Below, piece by piece: positions 52,294 through 64,000 of a stretch of 64,000 bases of DNA. A model generated the notes under the pieces. It made no database searches and was not told where the DNA came from. It was given only the letters and a program-made list of their open reading frames with translations. The translations under genes and the position numbers were made by a program. The DNA comes from Octopus bimaculoides (taxonomy: Eukaryota), in the NCBI RefSeq assembly GCF_001194135.2, contig NC_068999.1, forward strand, positions 30,811,983-30,875,982. Direction: 5' to 3'. Position 1 is the first letter of the stretch, and every line of letters starts with the position of its first letter.

Positions 52294-55200
52294 NNNNNNN
52301 NNNNNNNNNNNNNNNNNNNNNNNNNNNNNNNNNNNNNNNNNNNNNNNNNNNNNNNNNNNNNNNNNNNNNNNNNNNNNNNNNNNNNNNNNNNNNNNNNNNN
52401 NNNNNNNNNNNNNNNNNNNNNNNNNNNNNNNNNNNNNNNNNNNNNNNNNNNNNNNNNNNNNNNNNNNNNNNNNNNNNNNNNNNNNNNNNNNNNNNNNNNN
52501 NNNNNNNNNNNNNNNNNNNNNNNNNNNNNNNNNNNNNNNNNNNNNNNNNNNNNNNNNNNNNNNNNNNNNNNNNNNNNNNNNNNNNNNNNNNNNNNNNNNN
52601 NNNNNNNNNNNNNNNNNNNNNNNNNNNNNNNNNNNNNNNNNNNNNNNNNNNNNNNNNNNNNNNNNNNNNNNNNNNNNNNNNNNNNNNNNNNNNNNNNNNN
52701 NNNNNNNNNNNNNNNNNNNNNNNNNNNNNNNNNNNNNNNNNNNNNNNNNNNNNNNNNNNNNNNNNNNNNNNNNNNNNNNNNNNNNNNNNNNNNNNNNNNN
52801 NNNNNNNNNNNNNNNNNNNNNNNNNNNNNNNNNNNNNNNNNNNNNNNNNNNNNNNNNNNNNNNNNNNNNNNNNNNNNNNNNNNNNNNNNNNNNNNNNNNN
52901 NNNNNNNNNNNNNNNNNNNNNNNNNNNNNNNNNNNNNNNNNNNNNNNNNNNNNNNNNNNNNNNNNNNNNNNNNNNNNNNNNNNNNNNNNNNNNNNNNNNN
53001 NNNNNNNNNNNNNNNNNNNNNNNNNNNNNNNNNNNNNNNNNNNNNNNNNNNNNNNNNNNNNNNNNNNNNNNNACGTAAATAAATTAATTAAAAAGTCTCT
53101 ATCTGATCTGATATAAACGAAATTGTTACAAACACACATATGGACACACATACTTACATATAAGCACAAACACATAAGTGCGTGCACACATATGAGCATG
53201 CACACATACGAGCTTGCACACACTCACATGCTCATACCAAACAGTTTCGAAACAACGCCAAAACAACGCCAGATCATATATTCAAAATAAATGGAAGTGG
53301 AGAGACAAGTTACTGAAGAGATTGCAAGAGTGCAATGAAATAATTTAACAAAAAACTATATAAATTAATAAAGGACTGAACCAGTGCGTGTGTTTATTAC
53401 CGGCATAATGCCTCTCCCAAGGTTTAATTGTAAAATAAAGAATGTTATCAAGAAAATACGTCCAAATTATCTCCTTAAATTTTCTTGTAACAAGTCATTC
53501 TGTAAAAGTAAACTTTTAACACATATTTGGAGAAATATGATGTATTTGGTGATGAGAGTTGGAAGTATAAAAGCAGAATAAAAGTGAAGGTGGAAAAAAT
53601 ATGAAATTAAAATAAATGTGAAATTAGATTAGATGTGAAGGGGTCTTAAACTGTGTTAGTCATATCTTTCCTTATCTTTAATTCAGAGAAAATATCTAGG
53701 ACTACATGAAATAATGTATTATTTTGAGGGAGATATAGCTGCAAATTTTAGCAATTCAAGTGACTATACGCAGGTTTCAATGTTGGTCCATTTCCTCTAT
53801 TGTTCATTCAAAATATGCATGTTACTTTAGCTAGTCTCCTTCAAACTGGAAGTTATTTGCTAATACATGGACATCTTAGGATTATCAGTATCACTGGATA
53901 TTACATATGTCTGTACATCTCAGTCATCTCTCACCTAATCAGTCTCCAATAACTAATCCTTGTATTTTCTCACAATCACATTTCATTTCTAATGTATCCT
54001 GTTTAATATTCAAGGCAATTACTGATCCTTGTATGTGTGAAAAAGATAATCTAATTTCTTGTACTCATAATTTAGCCCATAAAGCAAAACTCCATGTGAA
54101 AGAAATGGATGATAAGTGCTTTGTGATATATTGTTCTATGGCAAAGGAAGGGGCCTAGGGAAGGAGAAGCAGCTAGAAAATGATGAGCAGCAATATGATG
54201 TATGGCAGACATACCAAATCCACAACAGTATGGAAAAACAGTCATTAAAATGACGATGATGGTATTTGGCTACCTTACAGAATGTTTCATATTTTAATTA
54301 ATTTATCAGCTAATTATTACAGAAATCCTTTCAGTTATTGCAAGCCAATAACTCACTTTCATACTGTTTAAAAGTAGATAGTTTAAACAAGCCTCTTGCA
54401 GTTTCTGACTATCAAAAATCACTTGCAATACATTTGTTCACCCAGGATTACAAGAGAAGACATTTAAGCAGGATACCATATAGTAGGACTGAGCCTGTAA
54501 TCATATAGTTACAGAGTGAACTTCTTAACTATACAGCCATGCCTGTATATGTACAAATACATATACATGCCTTCACACACACACACACACACATACACAC
54601 ACACACACACACACATACACACACACACAATTATACATACTCAGATACACACAGATATGCACACATATAGTTATAGTGTTTACAAAATGGAAGACAGCAT
54701 ATAATATTTTATAGGAAAATGACAATAACAAAGAAAATGACATAAGAAAATCAAACAGTAAATTGATAAAAATCAATAAATCAAATGAAATTCAGCAGAA
54801 TTGTTCACCAGTTGCACTTCTGTGAAACAGTAGTTTTAAAACTAATTGTATTAAGAAATTAAATACAGTATAATTCATATTTTTGTTTGTGAATACAAAG
54901 ACACCAAGACTTTTGATACAGATCTAAAGAAAAAAATTATGAACGAATTATAAAGGCTTGTTGTGTATATAGATTTGTAAATTATATCTATTGAGTAAAA
55001 TGGTTAAACAGACAGAAATTCTATTAAATGTCTGCTTTAATCACAAGAACAAAATACTGCAGTGAAAGTTAATGGATTATATTATTCAAGTTATGTTCAT
55101 TGAAATCCTAAACTGTATTTAATGAATGTCTGCATACTGACACAAATACCCATTAAGGAAATGAATTGAACGTTTTGGATACACGATATTTTCTGAAGCT

Positions 55201-56129
55201 TCAGATATCTTATATGCTTCCTTGTTTACCTCACGTTAGCCATGTCCCAACTCTGTTAATTCCATAAAGGATTTTTGTATAAATTACCACTGTTTTACTT
55301 TTCTGCTGTACCTACCATAAATACCACTTTATTTTCTGGATAGTCATGTCATCATTTGTAGGAGTGATACATGTATACTAAAGGATCATTCCTTTCCTAT
55401 TTTACTCTGCACATTAGCTAGAATAGTTTTGTACTATTTTAGATCAGATCTAGTTACAGAATTAGTAATATTCTGTGATTATCAATATATTTGAAATAAA
55501 AATGAATTATATTTATTTACAGCTGACCAAAGGTCTGCTGAAACAATGAGAGAGGGAATCATAGAAGGAAGAAAACTATGATGGTGAAAGAAAGAGAATT
55601 TAAAAGGAAAGAGAGAATTAGTTACAACATAAGAGAATGAGAGACAGGATGTAGAAAGTGGTGTTTTAGCCAGATACAAAACACTGACTATAGAAGAAAT
55701 TATTATAGTTGATCTGATTGACAACACTGAATTACTGTGAGATTCAAACAGAAATGCAATGTATCAATTTACAAAGAAGCTCAATGCACAACCATTTTTA
55801 CCAAATTCTTTGCTTTGAAGAGGTTTGAGGAAAAGAAATAGTCTAGAGAATGAATGTTCATATATGATATATGGATGCACATGTACCCAAAGATACATAT
55901 TCATGTTATACACAGCTTACCAAGAAAGGCTGTATTAGTCTTCATTAAACAAAGTTAGTTTTACTTCACATTTATTATTGTAATTATGTTAACAGCATCT
56001 AAACTGAAGTGGTTAACAGTACTCAAAACGTTTTGTATGGGACATCTAACTAAGGATAGACATAAGGAGACAAAAGCTGATTAATATGGAAATATTTACT
56101 ACTGTTATGATGTATATCTTCATTTTTTA

Positions 56130-56340
56130 TCTTTTACTTGTTTCATTCATCTGACTGCAGCCATGCTGGCACACTGCCTTGAAAAATGTTTGGTTGAATG
56201 TATCGAACCCAGTACTCACGTTTTTAAAGCCTGCTACTTATTTTATTGGTCTATTTTGCCCAACTGCTTACAGGGATGTAAACTCACCAGTACCAATTGT
56301 CAAGCAGTGGTGGGAGACAAGCACAGGGATAAAGACACAC
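56130..56340 (-). mobile_element. SINE 3' portion (same family as 2990-3203)
   Basis: Reverse-complement match to 2990-3203. Confidence 0.75.
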
Positions 56341-57522
56341 ACTCACACACACAAGTATANNNNNNNNNNNNNNNNNNNNNNNNNNNNNNNNNNNNNNNNN
56401 NNNNNNNNNNNNNNNNNNNNNNNNNNNNNNNNNNNNNNNNNNNNNNNNNNNNNNNNNNNNNNNNNNNNNNNNNNNNNNNNNNNNNNNNNNNNNNNNNNNN
56501 NNNNNNNNNNNNNNNNNNNNNNNNNNNNNNNNNNNNNNNNNNNNNNNNNNNNNNNNNNNNNNNNNNNNNNNNNNNNNNNNNNNNNNNNNNNNNNNNNNNN
56601 NNNNNNNNNNNNNNNNNNNNNNNNNNNNNNNNNNNNNNNNNNNNNNNNNNNNNNNNNNNNNNNNNNNNNNNNNNNNNNNNNNNNNNNNNNNNNNNNNNNN
56701 NNNNNNNNNNNNNNNNNNNNNNNNNNNNTATATATATATATATATATATATATGTGTAATTGTTAAAGAGGACAACAAATGCTGAGGCAAGGCAAACATC
56801 TCAAGTCATATACATTATTATTATTGGAAAAAAAAAACCGAAAAAATTCAGTCTTACAGGTGTTTCTGGGATATACCAGAGTATAGGATATTCCATCATT
56901 GGAGACAAATAGGGAGAATGAGAAGTGTATAGATTAATGAAGTGATTACATAGAGGACAGGAGTAAAGGAATAAGGAGATGAAGAAAAGGAAGAAAAAAG
57001 AAGCATAAAAGTTCACAGTTCAACTTTCTGATTGTGTAGAAGTAAGCCCATGAGTCCTTAAGTGCAATCCTGCATAAATCCATGTAGGTTAAAGTTCTGA
57101 TAGTGCAAATATCCAGAAATAGACACGAACATGTCAACATTCAATAACAGAATGGTAGAGGAGGTGGCTATTAAGTGGTAAATAGAAAGAAAAGTAAATA
57201 AGTAGAAAGAGAGGTAGATAGAGTGAAGGAGGAAACTGACACAGGCACTAATAGGTTTACTGAAACTAACAATACTAACTATAATATAACTATACTATAC
57301 TATAACCACTACAACTAATAATACCTATACTTCAACTACTACTACTACTACTATTACTGCTACTACTACTAATATTACTACTACTAGTAATAATAATAAT
57401 TATTATAATAGTGATGCCGATAACAATAATGAGGATAATAATAATAATGGTAATGCTGGCATTGATAATGATAGTAGAAATGATGGCAGTAATAACAGCA
57501 ATATCATGAACAATTCACCTAA

Positions 57523-57995
57523 TACTACCCTAGACACTACCAGCACTACCTCATTTCTCCAATTAACCATCATAGAACTGAGAGCTGTAACTGCAGATTT
57601 GGCACAGACTGCCTGCTGCAAGCCCATTGCAGACGATTCAACATTGTATACAAATGCACTGTTCACAAGAGAGTAAATAACTCATATAGTTACAACATTC
57701 GATCTACTACAAATTTCAAACAAAGATATGCACAACTAAACTCGTTTAAATATAAAGAGAATAGCAATTCCACATCACTTGCCAGCCACATACACCATCT
57801 AATTAATGGAAAAATTCAATATAGACTTTCCTGGGCTATAATAGACTCTGGTATCCCATATCAGAGCCAGCACTCCATTTGTGGACTCTGCTTAAAAGAA
57901 GCCCTCAAAATTTTAACCCGTAACTCATCACAATTGCTTAATAAACACAACGAAGCCTTCACAATGTGAAAACACAAATTCTTCCACTTTAAAAC
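57523..57995 (+). mobile_element. Penelope-like GIY-YIG C-terminus, Hydra-clade-like
   Basis: One frame without ATG: SCNCRFGTDC (CxCx5C)...NIVYKCTV...NSTSLASHI...W...PY...CGLCLKE...LLNK...TM*KH. Confidence 0.8.
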
Positions 57996-57999
57996 TCCA

Positions 58000-60180
58000 A
58001 TGAAATACAGAATGATATTTCACAGTTCTGTAGAAAACTATGCTTAACAGAGGAATTGTACGATAAAGAAAACAGGGATGAATCAATTGTAAGAAATGAG
58101 CAATTACAAGCCTTTGAAAGGTAAGAATAAAGCTTGAGATAAATTTTGTGATTTTTTTATTTACCTTCCCTTACAAAGAACTGTCACACCCTAAAATCAA
58201 GCCTAATACAAGTCGAAAGGAATGGAATATTATACATGAACTGTAAAACAATAACGACATTATAATTAAGGAAGCAGATAAGGGAAGTGCTACAGTTATT
58301 ATGGATATTGAACACTACAAAAGAGATATACTATCTATATTACAAGATATGACCCACTATGAAAAGGTAAATAGCTATCAAAAATCAAAGACAATGGCTA
58401 CACTGAACACATTCATTCACAGACATCAAAAACGTTCAACAAACAAAGAATGTGACGACTTAACCCATTTTGATTGCAAGACTAGCTACTTTTATGGTCT
58501 CCCCAAAATCCATAAGAATTTAACTATCAAGAAGGCATGTAAAGAACCAGCTTCAAATTGCATAAACATACAATATCCCACTGATAACTTAGACCAATCG
58601 TAGCAGGCCGGAACTGTGAAACACATAGACTCAGCAACTTTTTAGATATATTACTGAAACCTATTTTAAAATACATACCAAGTATTGTAAGAGGCGACCT
58701 GGACCTGTTAAACCACCTCCCAAAATGCATAAACAATGATACCACTATTGTATCTTTTGATGTGGTAAACCTCTATGCAACAACCCCACACCAACATGGA
58801 CTAGAGGCAATAAATTTCTGGCTTGAGAATTCCCTCATAAAATTCCAGAAATAACTGAAACGTGTTTCATCACTGAAGGATTAAAGTTTATCCTCGAAAA
58901 CAACATTTTTGACTTCAATGGCAATATTCACAAACAAATATCTGGGTCTGCGATGGGTGCAAAAGTTGCTCCTACTTACACCAATCTAGTCATGGCATAC
59001 ATGGAGGTTCATATATATGAACTATCTAAATTAAAATATGGCTAGAACTAATACAAATATCTACTAGAAACTGGAAACGCTACTTAGATGACTGCCTAAT
59101 TCTATGGACGCACACATTTCAACAACTTATAGATTTCAAAAATCTAATCAACAGCATAAACAATAGTATTAACTTTACCATGGAATACAGTACAATTCAA
59201 CAACCATTCCTTGCTATACTAATTATCAAAAAAGATAGAATCATTGAAACAGATATTCACTACAAACAAACAGATTCTAAACAATACTTATTCTCCTCAT
59301 GCCATCCCAAACACATGAAGAATAATATTCTCTTTAATCCAGCAAGAAGAATCTGCACGGTTGTCTCAAACCTTGAAACTCGCTATAAAAGTCTCCAGGA
59401 ACTTAAACAAATACTACTTAAAAGACAATATCCATTAATGTTAATAGACAAGGGAATAGAATGTGTCAAAGCAATAAATATAAAAAAACTCCAAAAAATG
59501 AAAAAACGCTCCAGATACATCAAATATTTTACCCTTTATTACAAAACACAATCCAAGAAACAGAGGTTTACAATATTATCCACCAGAACATCTTACTACT
59601 AAAACAAGACTCAAGAACGAAACAAGCATTTAAAATACACAAAATAATCAAAAGTAAAAGACAAACACCCTCTAAAAATTTGTCACAAGTGTTAGATTAT
59701 CTTCCACAATTCCTATACCAACAGTCAAAAAGTGTGGCCGCCCCAAATGCAGGACTTGCATCAACCTTATTGAGACACAGTATACAAATTCAAATTAGGA
59801 CAGGCTTTTACCATAAATAATTAATTTAGATGTTCTTCAAGGAATTTAATATATGCTATCAAATGTCAAGGATGTAATGAAGATTACATAGGTCAAACAA
59901 AGCCTACACTAAGAAATAGACTGACCATTCACAGACAACAAATATGAGACCCCAGTACTAGACAGATCCCACTGAGTGAGACACATAGACATAAGTGCAA
60001 AAACAAATCCCCACCAAATTCCAGGTCTTCCCGCTCTACCTATGTTCAGTGAATACCACAGATAAAGCATGGAAAACACAGAGAATACTTTCATACAAAA
60101 GTACAAACCAAGACTTAACAAACTTTAACAGAGTACATACACAAATATCTATTCACAAACAAAACTTATTCTGCCACTTA
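58000..60180 (+). mobile_element. Penelope-like retroelement, RT + C-terminal GIY-YIG, disabled
   Basis: FYGLPKIHK, RPIVAG, SFDVVNLY, SGSAMGAKVAPTY, RYLDD, TDIHYKQTDSKQYL, NLIYAIKCQGCNEDYIGQT, spread over several frames. Confidence 0.92.
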
Positions 60181-60379
60181 ACATGAGGAACCTATACAGC
60201 TAACAAACTAAACTTTAGATACTGGACTGCATGCAAATGATTCCTGTCCCCTCTCCCACCAGACAAATTAAATTTAGAACACCTTGCTTTTAACTAAACA
60301 TGTTCATTCAACTGTGTCGATTCTCAATGCATTTTCAACTTCTATTTGCCTTATATTTGCCTTATATTTCTGCCTGCTT

Positions 60380-60935
60380 ACAGCAGTGCTTGGAAGTAAC
60401 GTGTGTAGTGTGGTGTTCATCACATTGACCATGACAGAAGAAGTTGAGCAAGGAATCTGCATAGAAAATTTTGCCAAAAGCTTGGTCTTACCTACTCAGA
60501 GGTCTACACAAAGTTTTCAAAAAGTTTTCCTTGTTCTCAACACAATCAAGGAGATCTTGGCAAACGCGCATCTCATACCCAAATCTTCAGTGATAATGGA
60601 CTGAATTGAACTGTAACTGATCTGCACATCCTCTGATAACTCACGGATGGTGATTCAATGATTTCCCCTTACAGCTGCATGCACATCTATAATGTTTTTC
60701 TCAGTTCTGCTGGTGGCAGGACTCACAGAACGTTTGTCATTATCGACATTTTTTAGGCCAATGGACAATGTCTGAACCACTCGTACACTTGTGTGCGGCT
60801 CATACACTCCTCTCCATATCCTTTCTGCAAGATTGCATAGGCCTCTGAGCAGGTATCGCCATGACAACTTTCTTTGTCATGGTCAATGTGACGATCACAC
60901 GTTACACATGTTACTTCAAAGCACTGATGTAAAGA
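60380..60935. mobile_element. Two mariner 5' halves in inverted (tail-to-tail) orientation
   Basis: cagtgcttggaagtaac...cacattgaccatgac at ~60383 has a reverse-complement partner at ~60870-60930. Plus reads MTEEVEQGICI; minus reads DTCSEAYAILQKGYGEECMSRTQVYEWF. Confidence 0.75.
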
Positions 60936-61159
60936 TCGGGAGTGAGCTAGAACATTAAAACTAAGTGCAAATGCACAACAGAGTTCAAGGTCAATCTGTG
61001 CCAAGCAGCTTCACTCTGCATGCCTTAGCTTCATTACTATGGCAACTTTCCGAATACTTATTGATCAGACCTCACATATATATATACACACACATACATA
61101 TGTACATACATATACACGTACATTCATATATACATATTTATATATATACATGAATACAT

Positions 61160-61161
61160 AG

Positions 61162-61236
<75 letters not shown>
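61160..61236. repeat. (TATC)n microsatellite
   Basis: Direct reading. Confidence 0.95.
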
Positions 61237-61254
61237 ATGTATATCTTTGTTCTG

Positions 61255-61721
61255 CTAGATGTGCAATGTCAGTGTACATGTGTGACAGAGTGCTGGTGTA
61301 TTGAGGGAAAAGTTGGGCATAAGAGGAATTAGATGCAGTGTGCAAGAGAGAAGACTACACTGGCTTAGTCATGTGATGCATATGGATGTAGACAGTTGCA
61401 TAAAGAAGTACTGATCGCTTAAAATGGATGAAACTTTTGGAAGAGGGATACCCAGAAAGAATAGGACAAAGTATTGAAGGCTAATCTTAAGACACTGAGC
61501 CTTACAAAGGAGATGATTATGGACTGAGATATCTGGCACATTGCTGTACTCAAAAAGACTTGTCCACCAAAAAAGCACTTGTGCTGGTGCCATGTTGAAA
61601 GTACTGACGTTGGTGCAACATAAAAAGCTCCCAGTATACCCTGGAATGGTTGGCATTAAGAAAGGCATCTAGCCATAGAAACCATGCCAGCATGGAGAAA
61701 TATGTTAAATGATGATGATGA

Positions 61722-61725
<4 letters not shown>
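61255..61725 (+). mobile_element. RTE LINE 3' fragment with (GAT)n tail
   Basis: REKLGIRGIRCSVQERRLHWLSHVMHMD, then ...gaatggttggcattaagaaaggcatc...gttaaatgatgatgat. Confidence 0.8.
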
Positions 61726-61777
<52 letters not shown>

Positions 61778-62692
61778 CAGATTTACAGAAAATAGGTGAG
61801 GGAACAACAAGCAAGTGTTGGAAAAATCGTTGATGTTTTGAGCCTATTCTCTTTGGCAGAAAAGGATGAGAGGAAAAAAAATGGAGAGAGAATGAAAAAA
61901 CAAAGAGAGAAAAAATGTGTAGGGATTATTGGTTTAGCATGTTGAGAATATTTACACACACACACATACACACACACACACACACAGAGATTCATATGTG
62001 TACATACATCATCATCATCATCTAATGTGTGGGTGGTTTGACAATTAGCCTATGAGTCAAGGACTGCATCATACTCCAGTATCTGCTATGTAAATATTTC
62101 TTTTATCTCTTTTACTTGTGTCAATCATTAGACTGTGGTCATGCTAGAGCACTGCATTGAAGAATTTTTAGTCAAATGAATTGAACCCAATACTTATTTC
62201 TTTTTAAAGCTTGGTACTCATACTATTGGTATCTTTTGCTGAACCAAATTCACTCACAAGGCTTTGGTCAACTTGAGGCTGTAGTAGAAGACACTTGTCC
62301 TAAGTGCCCAGCAGTATGACTGAACCTAGAAACATGGTTGAGAAGCACACCTGCACCTATATANNNNNNNNNNCTGGTAGTTTACAGGTGTAAATTTGTG
62401 AATATGAAAATAATACTTGTATATGATGTGTGGTGAATTCATGGAAAGAAATCCCATAAAACTCAACAATTTAGTTAAAAACGGAGAAGACAAGTTGTTA
62501 AAATATATAAGAGAATTTTAATTCATGCGGACAATCATTTTGTACAGAGATATAAAATAATGCAAATTCCTGATTGAATTAAATTAGATTAATTAAATTA
62601 ATTAACTAATTATATTAATTAATTATATATCAATGTAATTTAATTAATTTACTTTAATTCAATTCAATTATATATACACACATATATATATA

Positions 62693-62926
62693 TAATTCTT
62701 TATTGCCCACAAGGGGCTAAACATAGAGGGGACAAACAAGGACATAGAAAGGGATTAAGTCGATTACATCGACCCCAGTGTGTATCTGGTACTTATTTAA
62801 TCGACCCTGAAAGGATGAAAGGCAAAGTCGACCTCAGCAAAATTTGAACTCAGAACGTAGCAGCAGACGAAATACCGCTGAGCATTTTGCCCGGCATGCT
62901 AATGATTCTGCCAGGCTCGCCGCCTT
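62693..62926 (-). mobile_element. Complete-looking tRNA-derived SINE
   Basis: Minus strand: aaggcggcgagcc-TGGCAGAATCATTAG (A box), GAGTTCAAATT (B box), gtcgactttgcctttcatcctttc core, tail ccttgtgggcAATAAAgaa. Confidence 0.85.
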
Positions 62927-63008
62927 CATTGTCATATATGCATGCATATATTAGATTCTTAGATGTATTATATGTATTATATTGCAAAAAATGTCAGTTG
63001 CATACATA

Positions 63009-64000
63009 CAAGGTGGTATCGAAATGATCTCGGAGTAGTTATGCTTAATAAAAAATAACTTATTTACCTAAGTTTTAACGTAATCCTCTTCCAAATAGCC
63101 ACCTTATGCAACAATACACTGATCCCAGCGTTCCTGCCGCCCTTGGAAATTGGCCTGGAAGTCGCTTTCCATAAGCAAGTTGAGGACCTTCTGCAAGTCA
63201 TACCAGATCTCAACAATGGTGTTAAAACAGCAACCTTTGTGCTGCATTTTTATCTTGGGGAAAAAATGGAAGTTTGCAGGTGCTAAATCTGGTGAACAGA
63301 GTGGTTGCGGAAGTGATGCCATGTTGTTTTTGGTGAGAAACTCATGAAGGAGGAGAGCTCAGTAACAGGGTGCATTGTCATTGTAAAGAATTCAATTCTT
63401 CACGCTCCATAGGTCCAGTCACTTTCACCAAATGTCCTCCCTCAAATGCTTGATGGTCTGGCCCTGGGGGATGAATTCTCAAAGCACAATACTATGGATG
63501 TCAAAAAAACTTACGATCATGCTCTTGATTGAGCTGTGGCTCTATCATACCTTCTTCAGTCATGGAGATAAAAGCCTTTTCCATTGTGATGACTGCTGCT
63601 TTGCCTCGGGGCTGTACCCATAGACCAGGATCCTTGACATGAAGGATATGTCATCAACAGCACACTGATAGAGATCTTGACAGGCTTCGAAGCGATGTTC
63701 TTTCTGTCCAATGGTCAGCAAGCAGGCAACAAACTTGACAGAGACATGCTGCATGTTTAATTCAGACATTAGGATCGCTTGCACAGGCCCATACGACAGA
63801 CAAAAAACATCAGCAATACTGTTGATTGTCCTCCAACAAACCTCATGCACAAGCTGATGAATATTTTCCACATTTCTTGGGGAGACACTCATGGCAGGTC
63901 TTCCAGATCACTCATTGTTTTCCATGGTTGTTCTTCCGCTTTTGAAGCACAAATGCTACTCAAAACATTGCGTACAACCCATTGCCTCATTATCCTAAGT
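63009..64000 (-). mobile_element. Mariner transposon relic, continuing beyond the window
   Basis: TA + TIR caaggtggtatcgaaa at 63009. SPDLAPANFHFFPKIK; VSVKFVACLLT (WVPxxL-equivalent); QQSSQWK. Confidence 0.9.

Larger units (their letters stand above)
18186..62373. other. Assembly gaps: 18186-18402, 20311-20786, 26961-27088, 30498-30825, 36436-36445, 52294-53072, 56360-56728, 62364-62373
   Basis: Runs of N; ORFs containing X across them are artefacts. Confidence 0.98.

Noticed and set aside
58000-58080. Possible SECIS downstream of the TGA at 57967
   Set aside because: The helix is asymmetric at the GA quartet, and the region translates as the N-terminal part of the next PLE (IQNDISQFCRKL).
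62573-62663. AT-only imperfect palindrome
   Set aside because: Low-complexity ATTA/TAAT tract, so complementarity is trivial.

Overview
AT-rich eukaryotic, scaffold-gapped (8 N-runs) non-coding DNA. The repeat content (RTE LINEs ending in (GAT)n, tRNA-derived SINEs, Penelope-like elements, abundant microsatellites) resembles a coleoid cephalopod such as Octopus; this is inference. I cannot support any intact host protein-coding gene. Recognisable ORFs are broken transposon pieces; the rest are low-complexity, N-spanning or unassigned. Main contents: a near-full-length but disabled RTE LINE (42.3-45.5 kb) plus several RTE fragments; two decayed Gypsy LTR elements (22.3-26.2 kb; 32.1-36.6 kb with both LTRs); three Penelope-like (PLE) coding remnants; HERO-like and L1/Tx1-like LINE ends; several mariner/Tc1 relics, two of them fold-backs; hAT and piggyBac MITEs; SINEs; and minisatellites. 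The most notable observation is on the minus strand at 17271-17331. All conserved hammerhead-ribozyme core residues and three complementary stems are present, but in a rearranged strand order that is not a circular permutation. Activity is untested.
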